The notes under the pieces are model-generated. The model was not told the DNA's origin. It searched no databases and saw nothing but the letters and a program-made list of their open reading frames with translations. DNA of 64,000 bases from Parasitella parasitica NRRL 2501 (taxonomy: Eukaryota; Fungi; Mucoromycota). The stretch spans positions 27,350 to 91,349 of the forward strand of contig MU619315.1 of the NCBI GenBank assembly GCA_025201805.1, in the 5' to 3' direction. Below are positions 12,367 through 25,178 of this stretch, piece by piece. Positions within the stretch are counted from its first letter, which is position 1, and every line of letters begins with the position of its first letter. Made by a program: the position numbers and the translations under genes.

Positions 12367-14458
12367 TTAATAGTAATATCTGAATTGTGTCTATAAATTA
12401 AAAACGTAAGTATGTGGCATTGCTCTGTTTTAGTAGCAACTAACCTGATGTTCGTCTTTTTCATTAGCATCGCTGTTGACTTGTTGCAAGTTATCCAATT
12501 TACGATTTTGTCTGTATAGATAATAGCTAGTCAATGCTGAAGACAATGCACCCAAAAATGCACAGCATAGATTAAATGCATTCCCAAAATCTAAATGTCC
12601 AATAATTTATGGCATTTGTAAGGTGAAAGTTTTATACAATTACAACGCTACCCGACTTACAATATTCAGGTCCATCCGACGATGGGTACAGATAGCTTCC
12701 AACAACACTTCCCGAATTTCCAATCATGACGACCACTGCAACAGCAATAACTCTAATCTCGAGATTTGGGTAGTTGATAGCCGACCAGCCTATATTGGCA
12801 GGTGCTAACAAACATACGTTGATTATTATCGAGGCAACTTATGATAAGAATACTACAGAATTGCATACCTTGTAATCCGAACCCTGCTGGGATAATGAAT
12901 AAAGACGCATAACGCGCTTTTGTAAATCATGTTAAATGGCTGTTTCTTTTATAGCCTACTTTATATACATACCCCATCGTTCGTGCAAAATCAAAAGCAG
13001 CATGTAGCCCATAGCACCAACACTGAATCCAACTGTCATCAGAACACCACGCTTGTTTTCAAACTTGTCAGCCAAGTATCCGCCCAAGATTATAAAGATT
13101 GTTTGAATGACATTTGGGGGAGCCGATAGCAACTGAGACTCCAAGACAGGAAATCCAAATCCGTCAATAATGGTTGGCGTAAAAACCGTATAGCTTGTGG
13201 CAGTGATCATGGTCAAAAAGTATGTCGTAGAAAACAAAACGGTTTTCCAGTCAAAAATAGATTTTCTAAAGGACAACATTGATAACTTGGCCTCTTTGTC
13301 TGGAGTGTGGGTGTATTCGCGATGGAGTGCCTTTTGTGTATCTGTCAGCCATGAGACATTTTCGATGCTATCAAACAAGTAGAAGTAGGACACCACACTA
13401 AGACAAATGGTAGGAACGCCCTCCAAGATAAACAGGTATTGCCAGCCATGCAGACCTTTCTGTCCCTCAAGAAATGATGTGCCATATGCAATTGGGCCCG
13501 ACACAATGCCTGAAACAGAAGACATGCACAGCAAGAGCGCCAAACGTAAACCAAAATCTCTGGGACGGTACATCTTGGACATAACATATAGAATACCCGG
13601 AATGTAACCACTCTCTGCGGCCCTACATTCATCCATTGTACAGAAACAAAGTTTAGTCAGGGGATATCGATAATGCATGTCGCATAAAGGGGTTCCTCCT
13701 TACCCAAGCAAGAGTCTGCAGACGAGCAGACTATGGAAGTTTTTTGAAAATGCCATAACTAATGTCATTACACCCCATAAAAACATGATCAGTGATAGCC
13801 ACATTACCGCGCTTGTTCGTTTTAAAAAAATGTTAGATGGTATTTCGAAAAGAAGCTAAATTACAAATATTAGTGTCATGAAATGCAAGTAAATGATTCA
13901 CTTACATAGGTTATATAGAACGCTGATATCGAGATACTAAGCTCTCTAGGTGATAACTATTTACACAGAAAAATTCCAAGACGTTTTAATTATTGTCGTC
14001 TCCGTACTTTGGACTATCAACCTCCTTTTGCGAACACTTACATGTAAATCACTCTGTAGACCTGCTAAACTAATGCATGAAAACAAAAGTCAATTGAAAT
14101 CAACTCAAAGCAATAAATTTGACACTTACGTTGCATTGCCAATATTTGCTCGATCTAGGAAATCCATAAAATAAAAGACACAAAACAGTGGCATCATGCG
14201 GGAATCAATGATTCTGGTTATCTTTTTTTGTTCTGTGTCTTTGTCGACGATATGCGCAATTAGCTCTTGATCATTTGTTTGGAATCCTTCCTGCTTGTCA
14301 TTCTTGGTGTTGTAATATTCTCTGTCTTTTTCGTCAAGTTCAATGTTGTTGAAGGCGCTGTCGCCGACGAATGTCCTGGATGTGGAACCTGTCCTTATCA
14401 AATCCATATCACTCCCCAAATCATAGTCAATGTGCTTTGTTTCAATTCTTTCGAGCAT
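12367..14458 (-). CDS. MFS transporter, allantoate/nicotinate permease (Dal5/Tna1-like) family
   Basis: FLDRANIGNA, GLHGWQYLFILEG, QLLSAPP motifs; ends TQFRYYY*. Confidence 0.9.
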
Positions 14459-16099
14459 TCAAAAAAACAAATAAAGATGTGAGGAAAAAGGGATGAATGT
14501 ATATTGTAAATCAAGCGTAATTTATAGTTTCACAACTTGGCATCTTGATGATATCTGTTCTGGCCCTTTTCTGGATGATATTCAAAGCACATCTAGAGAT
14601 TTACAAAATCCATTTAAGGATTTTAACGGCCATCCCCATTACGCATAATAAAACCGAGAAGCTCAAGAACCTGTTACCTCAATTGTTTTTTTTGTTCCCC
14701 AAACGAAACTGAGTAATAGAACTTCCTATGAAATCAATATAGTATACAGTAGCCATGATTTCATACACAGGTATATACACGCACATATCTATGATGAGTT
14801 CATCGAAAATAGGAACAACCCCTATTACAGAAAATTAAGATTTCTTTAATTTACTGTGCGCAAATACTCCTTTTTACACATCTCCAAAGCTTCTTATGAC
14901 TTAAATTCTGGGTTTCTGGTTTATTTGATTATGGAGTGTATGTTTAATAATATGAAGGTCTCAACCTCCTATTTATTCTAGTTTCATATATGGATTTTTT
15001 CCAACTGAAAGTCTCAGTTTTCTTTTTCAACAAAGATTGCGATATCCCCTCCAACCTGCAATTATGGATGGCAGATTGTCGAGCTTGACCTTCAATGTAA
15101 TCATGCGCTGAATATGTCATGGCATCGATTTCCACCAATTATTTTATCAGCATACACAAGCTAGACACGACGATGATGATGATGTTTTAAATTTACAAAT
15201 ATGAAATGACAGATTTTTTACTTGGTGTTTTTGGAAATTTCATATCATCGCTATTGAATTTTGTCGAAAACGCACGAAAAAAATAAAGTATGCATAAAAA
15301 TCCAACAGATATCTTGTTTAAAAAGTTAACAAACAATATTTATAGATCAAAATATCAGATAGTTTTTTCTCGACCAAGCATAACTTAGATTTTATACCAA
15401 CTACTGTCTACAAAAACCACTAACAATTACTGTAGACGAAATATGTGCAACTTTTCTCGAATACTCCCATAATGAGAGCTGTCCACATGATTGGATTTTT
15501 AGTAGTAATAATGTTTTATTTTCTGCAGAAAGAGTATTGACCATTGTCAATTCTGCGAAATTATTGGCACAGCCAAGTTCAGATATGTATATGACAGCCA
15601 ACTATCACCATCGTATATGATCAGTGCGTTATTTAGGCTTTGTAACTTGTTGAATATATTATAGGTTGTAATCAGTAATGATTTCGTACAAAAACTAAAT
15701 GTTTTGTCATCATTATCAAAAAGACATTTCCAGATATTTGCTCACAACTTCTGCTAAAATGACTGTAGAACCAAGATCTAACTTGGAAAACTTAGCATTG
15801 ACTCATCTCTATCTGGCAACGACATTCGCATTCATGTTTTTATTGATATCCATAAAGTTACCAGATGATATCATGGATTTTCATATCACAATTGCATATA
15901 ATCACTGATGCGCTTCGATAATGAGCAAAATAAAGCCTGTTTTCTTATGCGCCATAAAAATAGGCATGATCATCGCTCAATGAGCATAACTTGCGATATC
16001 TGTATCAAAAGTCGCGTTATACTTCTGGCTCCATTGTTCTTTGATCAAAATGATTCTTAACCTTAAATACTATTTATCTTCTATCATCCGATCTACCAG

Positions 16100-16520
16100 C
16101 TTTTTGTGTTGGAATTGATATGAAAGGCGGATTGACTAAGAAAGACACAAATTTGTTGTCAGTTTGCTGCCATTTTGAACCCAATTGTACCTTTTTTGTT
16201 GAATCGTTTCTTCTTCAGACTGAAATTGTGCCTGTTTAATGGATAGATTGCACTCAGTTGGCATGAATGTATAAATGGTGCTAATATAAACATCAAGGTG
16301 TGCAAAGCTTTGCGTTAGACTTACTGCCATTTTAGTTACAATAACACAAGGATTTTCGTCAATGCAGATTACATACTCCTCCTCGTAATAACGTTTAGCC
16401 CATCTCTTTGCTGCTCGGACGCGAATACTCAATTGTCTCGCAGCTGCAGAAGCATTCAAGCACTTGCTTCAGCAGAATGAATTGCACTGTTACAGCATTT
16501 GGATCAGTCGACATTGTTAT
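16100..16520 (-). pseudogene. Degenerate Tc1/IS630-type transposase fragment
   Basis: HTH-like ASAAARQLSIRVRAAKRWAKRY, IDENP, STIYTFM..ECNLSIK, and a decayed FVF.ESAFHIN segment around the first catalytic Asp; stops and frameshifts. Confidence 0.75.
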
Positions 16521-16621
16521 TGGATAGGCAATTTTTTGATAGGCCATCAAAGTCAAAATCAGCGAATTCACTTTCTCAAATGACTGTGTCAAACATGATA
16601 GTGTATACAGTGTGTTGAAGA

Positions 16622-16730
16622 TGCGGTCTACCGGGTTTAAGGGTCAGAGTAGGTCTAAAGGGTATCAAGGTTAGAGCAGATCCACAGGAAATAAGGCCGA
16701 TCTTGGGCCGGCTCACAGGAATTAAGCGCG
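16622..16730. repeat. Degenerate tandem repeat, about four units of 27-31 nt
   Basis: ggtctaccgggtttaagggtcagagta / ggtctaaagggtatcaaggttagagca / gatccacaggaaataaggccgatcttgggcc / ggctcacaggaattaagcgcg. Confidence 0.45.
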
Positions 16731-16751
16731 AAATTCCGTCAGTATCCATCC

Positions 16752-16759
16752 TGACTCAT
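16752..16759 (+). promoter_or_regulatory. Gcn4/CpcA-type site (TGACTCAT) upstream of tryptophan synthase
   Basis: TGACTCAT about 120 bp before the ATG; a second ATGACTCAT lies in an intron at 17276-17284. Confidence 0.55.
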
Positions 16760-16876
16760 TTCAACTCCCAATCAAACTGACACTTTGCAACAACGACATC
16801 AATTTTCCGGATTGTTTAAATAAGACACGACTTTTTTTTTTTTTGGATACACCAAACTTTCTTTCATCCATAGTAA

Positions 16877-19198
16877 ATGTCTGCCGCACTCCGTAACGCA
16901 TTTGAAACAGCCAAAAAGCAAAGTAAATCTCTTTGTCGCCGCGTCAGCCTGAAGAATGTCTAACTGATTTATCTACATAGATCGTCCCGCATTTGTCACT
17001 TTTCTGACAGCTGGCTATCCCAGTCCGGACGACACTGTAGAGACTCTGTTGGCCTTGGAAAGAGGCGGTGCCGATGTCATTGAATTAGGTACGTAAATGG
17101 TTTTTTTTTACTTTGTATTTGTGGGAGTGCGTGTGAGAGCTAATTGGAGTCACTTCCAGGCATTCCTTTTACTGACCCTATCGCTGATGGACCTACTATT
17201 CAATATGCAAGCACTGTAAGTAGAGAGAGAGAGAGAGAGAGAGAAAGATCTTAAGCGCAACCCAAGTTTATCAAAATGACTCATTTCGTACTTGACTAGA
17301 TTGCGCTCAAGCATAAGACTGATATCAAAATGTGTCTTGACATGGTACGCAAAGCCCGTGCTCGTGGATTAGAGGCGCCTGTCGTTTTCATGGGCTACTA
17401 CAACCCTATCCTTGCATATGGCGAAGAAGAGATGGTGCGTGATTGTAAGGAAGCTGGCGTCAATGGATTCATTTTGGTTGATTTGCCTCCTGAGGAATCC
17501 CACATCTTCCGTGATATTTGTTCCAAATACCATTTGTCTTACGTTCCTCTTATTGCCCCCTCTACTACTGAAGATCGTATTAGACTGCTTGCCAAGCTTG
17601 CGGATTCATTCATCTATGTCGTCTCTCGCATGGGTGTTACCGGTGCTAAAGATACTGTCAGCACTGAATTGCCCGCCATTATTGCTCGTGTCAAAAAGTA
17701 TACTCAAGCTCCCTTGGCTGTAGGTTTTGGTGTTTCCACCCGTGAACACTTTGTCGAAGTTGGCGCTCATTCTGAAGGTGTTGTTATTGGATCCCGCATC
17801 ATCACTCTGATTGATGAAGCCGTGAAGGAAAAGCAGGATGTCGCTAAAACCGTCGAGAGATATGCTGCTGAGGTTACTGGCCGTACTGAGCCTGTTCAAA
17901 CCATTGCTGGTACCCATGCTTCCTTTGCTGATCTGGAAGTCAATGACGCTGCTGGCCGTGGTCCCTTCACCCCTGATGATATCAAGAACTTCTATCAGAT
18001 GGATCCTCGTTTCGGTACTTTTGGCGGCGCTTATGTTCCGGAAGCGCTTGTTGATTGCCTCACCCAACTTGAAACTTGCTTCAGAGATGCAATGGCCGAC
18101 CCTGAGTTCAAGAAAGAATTTCAATCATATTACGACTACATCTCTCGTCCTTCTCAACTTCAATTTGCCAATCGTTTGACTAAGGATGCTGGCGGAGCCA
18201 AGATCTGGTTGAAGCGTGAGGATTTGAATCACACGGGCTCTCACAAGATCAATAACGCAGTCGGTCAAATTTTGCTTGCAAAACGTCTTGGTAAGAAACG
18301 TATCATTGCTGAAACTGGTGCCGGCCAACATGGTGTAGCTACTGCTACTGTCTGTGCCAAGTTTGGTTTGGAATGTGTTGTATATATGGGTGAGGAGGAT
18401 TGTCGTCGCCAAGCACTCAATGTCTTCCGCATGCGAATGTTGGGTGCCTCTGTCGTCCCCGTCAAGACTGGCTCCAGAACTTTAAAGGATGCTATCAACG
18501 AAGCTATGCGTGATTGGGTCGCCAATGTTTCTACTACTCATTACCTTGTTGGTTCTGCTATCGGCCCCCACCCGTTCCCTCAAATTGTCCGTGAATTTCA
18601 GTCTGTTATTGGAAAGGAAACCAAGCGTCAAATGCTTGAAAAGGCCGGCAAGTTACCTGATGCTGTCGTTGCATGTGTTGGTGGTGGTTCAAATGCAATT
18701 GGTATGTTCCACCCCTTTGTCGAAGATAAATCCGTCCGCATTTATGGCGTTGAAGCTGGCGGTGATGGCGTTGATACCGAGAAGCATTCTGCTACACTGA
18801 CAAAAGGTACTCCAGGTGTCCTTCATGGCACTCGTACCTACCTCCTGCAGGATCCCAAGGGCCAAATCATTGAGACACACTCTGTCAGCGCTGGTTTAGA
18901 TTACCCAGGTGTTGGCCCTGAACATGCTTATTTGAAGGATCTTGGCAGAGCCGAGTACCTCGTTGCTAATGACGCTGATTGTTTGCTAGGCTTCAAGAAG
19001 TTGACTCAATTAGAAGGCATCATCCCTGCCTTAGAGTCATCTCATGCTGTTTTTGCTGCATTGAAGATTGCTGCTGATCTTCCCGAGGATAAGGATATTG
19101 TTATTTGTCTTTCTGGTAGGGGCGACAAGGATATGCACACTGTCACCGAAGTTTTGCCTAGATTAGGTCCCGAGATTGGCTGGGATTTGCGTTTTTAA
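16877..19198 (+). CDS. TRP5: Tryptophan synthase, fused alpha+beta chains
   Basis: Alpha: [18 protein letters not shown] and MGYYNP; beta: [15 protein letters not shown] (PLP lysine), [27 protein letters not shown]. Confidence 0.98.
17222..17244. repeat. (AG)n microsatellite in a TRP5 intron
   Basis: Directly visible. Confidence 0.9.
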
Positions 19199-19634
19199 AT
19201 TATAAAGGGTTTCTTTTTAATTGATGCTCATATGTAGCTTTTAAATCATTTACCCCCCCTTTGCTAAATTATATAATTGTACAGTATTACTGATTTAATG
19301 AAATATATATATATATATATAAAAATAAATTCATTTTGCATATATTCTTTACATTAATCAAGAGTACACATTTCTGCAACAAGTATCCTGCGATCGAAGC
19401 AAAAGTCTCGAGAAGAAGCCCTTTTTTTTTCTTTTTTTTTTCATGTAAACTTGTCGTTTACAACTACAATAGCCATAAATTTGGTTCTTCCTCTTCTGAG
19501 AGATGATTAAATTACAAATTTTCTTCCCAAGCAAGTTGGTGCAAGCTTCAAATATACTTTGTAGCATTCCACACTCTACTCTTTTATTTCTAGAAAGCCA
19601 TGTGCTAATATACAAACAGAAATGCTGCTGCAAG

Positions 19635-21148
19635 TTAGTAAACGTTGTATATGTTTTCCTTGCAAGTTTGTGATATGCCAAAATATCTAATGTATTTATA
19701 TAACTCGACAGTCAACTCCAGCTCATTAAGGGAATGTGATTTCACCTACGTGTAATGGTCAATTGCCTCGCCATATCCAAGGCTACTTGAGCAATTCTTT
19801 GTTTCATACGGTCCAGGACAAACCACTATACAGCATATACATGGTTGGTGAGCGCTCAGACTCTTGACCAATGGTAACCCACATATTTGTTTTTTTTACC
19901 TAATTGTTGTGCTGCGCTGGAGCTTAACCAGTATTCGTCTCCCTCGTGCTGTATAAATGTAAAAATATACGTTATTTGCCTGGGGCATCATAAATTATCA
20001 GCCATAAAACCCTTACAGTAAATCCATCAGCAACACTGGGCACATGTGTCAAGTCTTGACATGGCATAAGAATTAGTATTTGCTCTCACGTTGATGCATG
20101 ACAATCATATTTGCATACCATCAGCTTCTTGCACGTATCTTTTGATTATGATATTCTTCTCGGCGACATAGGCTGCATACGCTTTATCGCCTACACGAGG
20201 CTTACCTAGTAGGTAGCCAGCAAGATTTGTATGGTTCAATTGGGGGAGACGTTGAGCTAAATCAACAGTTAACAGTGAACCGATGCCTGCACCGTATGAA
20301 TGTCTATATTATGTGCAAGCAATTAAGAGAAAAGAATCTACCAAAGTAATCTCTGTCACAAGTACCCTGCAATTCTAATATGGTATTCAGGATGTAACTT
20401 CAATTGGTCTCTAATTGTGCGATAAACGATATCTCTTATGTCGATCATGGAACTGAGCAACCCCGTCTGCACTTTGACACCTGGAATTCGAGGGTGAGGC
20501 ACAAGCTGTCTTTGCAGGCTCTATTTTAAACTTTTATCAGTACCCATTCTATAGTGTGGACGTATATTCATCGTACAACTATTTTGTTACGGATAGATGA
20601 ATCTGATCTTAGCATTACATACAGCCTTTTTGCCCTATAAATTGTCGTTATTAGAAATTCCATGGTCAAAGATTGGGCCTGGATCTTTACTTTTCTGATC
20701 GAAGAATGTATCCATGAACACCCAAAGGATGGGTAGCAAAAGTGCGGATAACCACTCCATCAGGCACAGTTGTATTACAGTATTCGCCGCAATCCCACTT
20801 GTCATAGCTAGCTTTACAGTTAGAAGCAGCGCACATTTTGGCATAAAAGACTGCCTCTTGATATTCGCTGGACGTGTTCTGGTACATGTATACCTTTGGT
20901 GCAATTGCGAGTCCTGCCTCGTCTTGGGCTAGCTCTCTGTGATATTTATTGAATGACTCTAGTAATTTTTCCAGTAATTCAGCAAGATTGGTAACCGTGT
21001 CAATGATAGGAGTCAATGCAACAAAAGGGTCACTGTTAGGGCTGTTGCTTGCTACTGCTGTTGCTGCTGTTGCTGCTGCTGAAGGCAAGAATAGTTGGCA
21101 TTGAGTTACTGACACAAAAAGCAGAATGAGAAGTTTCTGGAAAATCAT
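19635..21148 (-). CDS. Secreted class-3 lipase-like protein (paralog A), multi-exon
   Basis: Signal peptide, WDCGEYC, GHSYG nucleophile, GKPRVGD, RYVQEADD, HEGDEYW, CPGPYET.NCS, DHYTYFG. Confidence 0.85.
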
Positions 21149-21428
21149 TTTGATGGTGCAAGAACGTCTGCAATGGAGCTTTTAGTATATTTATATCGCA
21201 ATGGGCACATTCATTTGGATCCGAGATTCAACACAACCACAAATTCCACAAGACGTGGAATGTTGATATTAGAACCAACTGTAGTTCAAGTAAATGCAAG
21301 GAAACAGAGGTATAAAAATGTGTGTATTATATAAAAGATTGCTTTATGATATGTGGGATAAATGGGATAGTAAATAGTTATAGTGTATATAGCAAAAAGA
21401 AAAAAAAAAAAAAAGTGTTGCATCATGT

Positions 21429-22239
21429 TTATCCATTCCCAGAATGATGATTCAAGCCATAGTTGGACCTACTGTTATAGCGCCATTGTTTGTCCATATG
21501 GTCATCAGCTAGGGCAGCTGGTTCTGTGGGCGTGTTGGGGGTACTACTCTCATTTGAGTTGCAATCCTTCATCGAAAGTTGGTTGAACGATCTTTCAATA
21601 CCCCCACTATTGGCCTCTTCACTTCTTGCAGCTTCTCTGACTAGAAGAGATTCCAAATCTTGAGATTGATTCCAAAGATCCAGCAAATCATCTCCATACG
21701 ATTGCAAAACATCAATGTCCACAAACAAGTTGTAATTGTTCAAGCGTAGAAATTCCAGCTCCAAGGAGTTCAATTCAGCCACTGGCAATCCTCCCACCTA
21801 CACCCAGGCTAGTTTAGTGGTTACAATGAATACAAGGTCAGCATCCTCACACTACCTTGGCATATCGTGTATTCGTAAAGAATACGTCAGAGTATAGTTT
21901 ACTAGAGATCATTAGTCCAGTGATGATCAGTCTATGGACGTTGTACGAATCGACATGAAGAGGCTTAAGACCCAGCTTTGGGTCCGGTTGGGTCATACGG
22001 TCGAAATAGACCAGAATGGCTATTAAACATTCATTTGCGCATGGACAGTATTTCAGAATACGAGTGAAATAGGCATAAATGGCGATGCTGGGTATAGAGC
22101 GAGCGTGAAAGCAAGTGTACTGCCTCTTTTCTGGATATAATTGATCGTTCCTTTGCGTAATCTTTTCCAGCAACGTTGTTAATAATTTGATGGTATCTTT
22201 TACAGGATGTGTAGCGAGGTTAAAATGCGGTGAATCCAT
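21429..22239 (-). CDS. Pho80/PCL-family cyclin
   Basis: FHARSIPSI, RILKYCPCANEC, NVHRLIIT, YAKVGGLPVAELNSLELEFL. Confidence 0.92.
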
Positions 22240-22623
22240 GAGAAAACAAGACAAAAACAAAACAAAAAAAAAGATGAGAAAAAAGGGCGAAATTAATATG
22301 CAGTGAAATCCTTTATTACTACTACCTATTGCTCCAATTTGCAATGAATATCACGTCATCAACATGTTCATGTAAAAAAAAGGGGTGTAATGAATAAAGC
22401 AAAGCGTCTCGAGGCACAGTCAATTCATTGTGAGACCAAGGGCAAGCCGCCAGATGTCTTTTTCATGCAAAAAAGTGATTCCATGTCCCTCTTGAATTGA
22501 TATCAATATTAGGAATACATGTACTTGTTTGCTTTGATTAAATTTGATCAGCGAAGCACATACAACAACAAGCCTCTTTTTTTTTTTTGCTTCTCTCTTT
22601 CTTTCTTCATCTTGCTTCTACAC

Positions 22624-23574
22624 ATGAGTAAATCTCAAAGTCAACCTGAACGTCGCCCTGACAATGAAATCGACCAGGATCGCTTGGATGTTTTAATTCA
22701 AAGGGCCCAAGAGGTTATTGCAAAAGATGACAAGGAGGTGCCTGCATTCTGGAAGACCAAGTACATTAAAGAAGCAGCAAGGAATTGGGATTTATTCTAC
22801 AAGCGCAACACAACAAAATTCTTCAAAGGTATACTTGATTCATTTATTTACGGCAGCAGAGAGAAAGAGATTCATCCTTTGCAACTGTAGATCGTCATTG
22901 GACAGATCGTGAATTCAGAGAACTGGCAGATCAGTCAAAGGATCAAAAATGTCTCGAAGTGGGATGTGGGGTCGGCAACTTTGTGTTCCCATTGTTAGCA
23001 GACAACCCGCACATGTTTGTTTATGCCTGTGATTTCTCTAAGCGTGCAGTCGACATGGTGAAAGCAAACGCAAACTACGACGAATCCAGATGCAAAGCAT
23101 TTGTATGCGATTTGACGGCCGATCAATTGACTGATAATATCCATGCGAATTCTCTAGACTTGGTAAGTGTTATTGTAGCACGGTTCACTCGATATCTGAC
23201 TGAAGGGCGGCGCAAAGGTGTCAGCCATCTTTGTCTTTTCAGCTATCCCACCCGAGAAAATGAGCATTGCCATCAAAAATATTTACAGTGTGCTGAAACC
23301 TGGAGGACAGGTGATTTTCCGAGATTACGGCATTTACGACGAGGCACAAGTAAAGTTCAGCGCTGCGTCAGACAAACGCCTAGATAGCAACTTTTACGTG
23401 CGCCAGGATGGCACCATGAGCTACTTTTTCTCAACAAAAGACCTGCAAGCAAGGTTCGAAGCAGAGAATTTCAAAACGATAGACTGCCAGTACGTTTATA
23501 GAGAAACCATCAATCGCGGCATGGAAAAACGAATTGATAGAATCTTTGCTCAAGCGAAATTCCAAAAACAATAA
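22624..23574 (+). CDS. METTL6: tRNA N3-methylcytidine methyltransferase, METTL6-like
   Basis: WDLFYKRNTTKFFKDRHW, LEVGCGVGN, ACDFS, LKPGG, FRDYG, YVRQDGTMSYFF. Confidence 0.9.
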
Positions 23575-23623
23575 AAACGCTTTATTTTTAAAATATAAAA
23601 TATCTCAACTGACTTGTAGAATC

Positions 23624-24953
23624 TTAGACCTTTGCATCAAATCCGTTCGCCTGACTCAAGACTCGCAGCTTATCCTTCAAGGAATCCAAGTTCAGATAAG
23701 TTCCTTTAAGATGCCTGTCTCCACTTGTGGGATCAAAGGAAGTTCTACCGTGCAGCACTCTACGATTGGCAAACATGACCAGCTGTCCAGGCTGCAACGT
23801 CAATTGGTATCGGAGCGAATCGTCCTGGATGAAATCCGCAAACTTTTGGAACGCACTGTAGAATTTCGTAGTGTCCGCTAATGTCAAACCGTCCAATGGT
23901 CCTTGAAACTGGGGGGCATAATTGACGTGAGTATCCCATGCAGCTCCACTGTGAGGTTCGCCAGTTACAATGGTGGGTCTCTTGTAATACATGTGATGGC
24001 CATTGTTAAGATAGTGGAAAGTGACCGGTGTCCTTTTGAGGATCTCGTACTCTTCAGGATACTTTTGCTTGAGCAACTCAACTGCACGGAAGGAATCCAC
24101 AAAGATGCTCGCACCGCCTGTCACTGTATTCTGCAAACTGTGCAGTAGCTGGATTCCCGGAGGGCTATCCATATACCTGCATGATCAAGGCTCAGTCACG
24201 GATAAATACTCTGTGTGTGAATTTGACTTACATAAGATCCATATGAAAACCAAGATACAGACTAGTGTATGCAATATTGATGGATTTGGCTACATTTTTA
24301 ACATCAAAGTCTCTGCCGTAGAAAGTCTCTTGGATAGGGCCTATTCTCTCAGCGACCTGGGTGCATGCTTCGTCCTTCAAGGGAACATCTTTCAGGAAGA
24401 CAAGGCCTTTGTTGTACAATCGCTGGACTACTTTATGAAGACCTTTGTCCGTGTTCATGTAATCATCATACGATACCCATTCCAGCTTGTACTCCTCTGC
24501 ACTCCATGTTTGCGGTACGAGATGGTTGTATCTAAATTTTTCGCTGGACTTGTTTGATGCATAGCGTTGTAAGAAATCAAAGGAAAAGCGGCTGACATGT
24601 GAATGAGCGTCATTCTGGCCATGTCGTAGAGGCTGATTCCAGGTGATTTCGACTTGTTCATTGCTGATCTTCAAGTCGATGGGTCTGATGTCGAGAGGGA
24701 TGTCGGCTGAGGAGTGTAGTTTTTGACGGCTCGAAGGATGGAGACACTGAGGACATTGGCAATTGTCTCTCAACCACAAGTAACTATATGCATTTGCTTG
24801 GTTGGCCCATACGATATGAACTGCGTCTTTGTTCAACGAGTAATTCTTAACTTGCCCTGACAAGGTGGTGTACAATCTAGGAACAGCTATAACCGGCAAA
24901 GGCAATGGCTTCAGGGCAGATCGAAGTGATCGACGAGTAAAAGCGGCAAACAT
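23624..24953 (-). CDS. Gamma-butyrobetaine/trimethyllysine dioxygenase-like Fe/2OG enzyme with mitochondrial presequence
   Basis: WLRDNCQCPQCLH Zn domain, LGFHMDL (HxD), PPGIQLLH, NRRVLHGR. Confidence 0.9.
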
Positions 24954-25178
24954 GTCGTCTATTGTAAAGACTAAGAATGTAAACAAAGACACCAATTCCT
25001 TCCCCCCCCCAAACCTTTTAGGTGCAGATTTATATATATTATTAGGCTCCCGCGCATCGTGTTCCTGTGCAACAAGCCATACATGTCTTTTGTACAATGT
25101 AAACATTCCACAAGAAAGATTACAAGTACAGTTCGCAGAAGTTGGATATGTGGATGCAAGCTTTCTTTTCAGCCTTCC

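Noticed and set aside
17606-18880. Antisense and alternative-frame ORFs over TRP5 (likewise over KAP123, LYS4 and VPH1)
   Set aside because: Shadow ORFs caused by codon bias in conserved genes.
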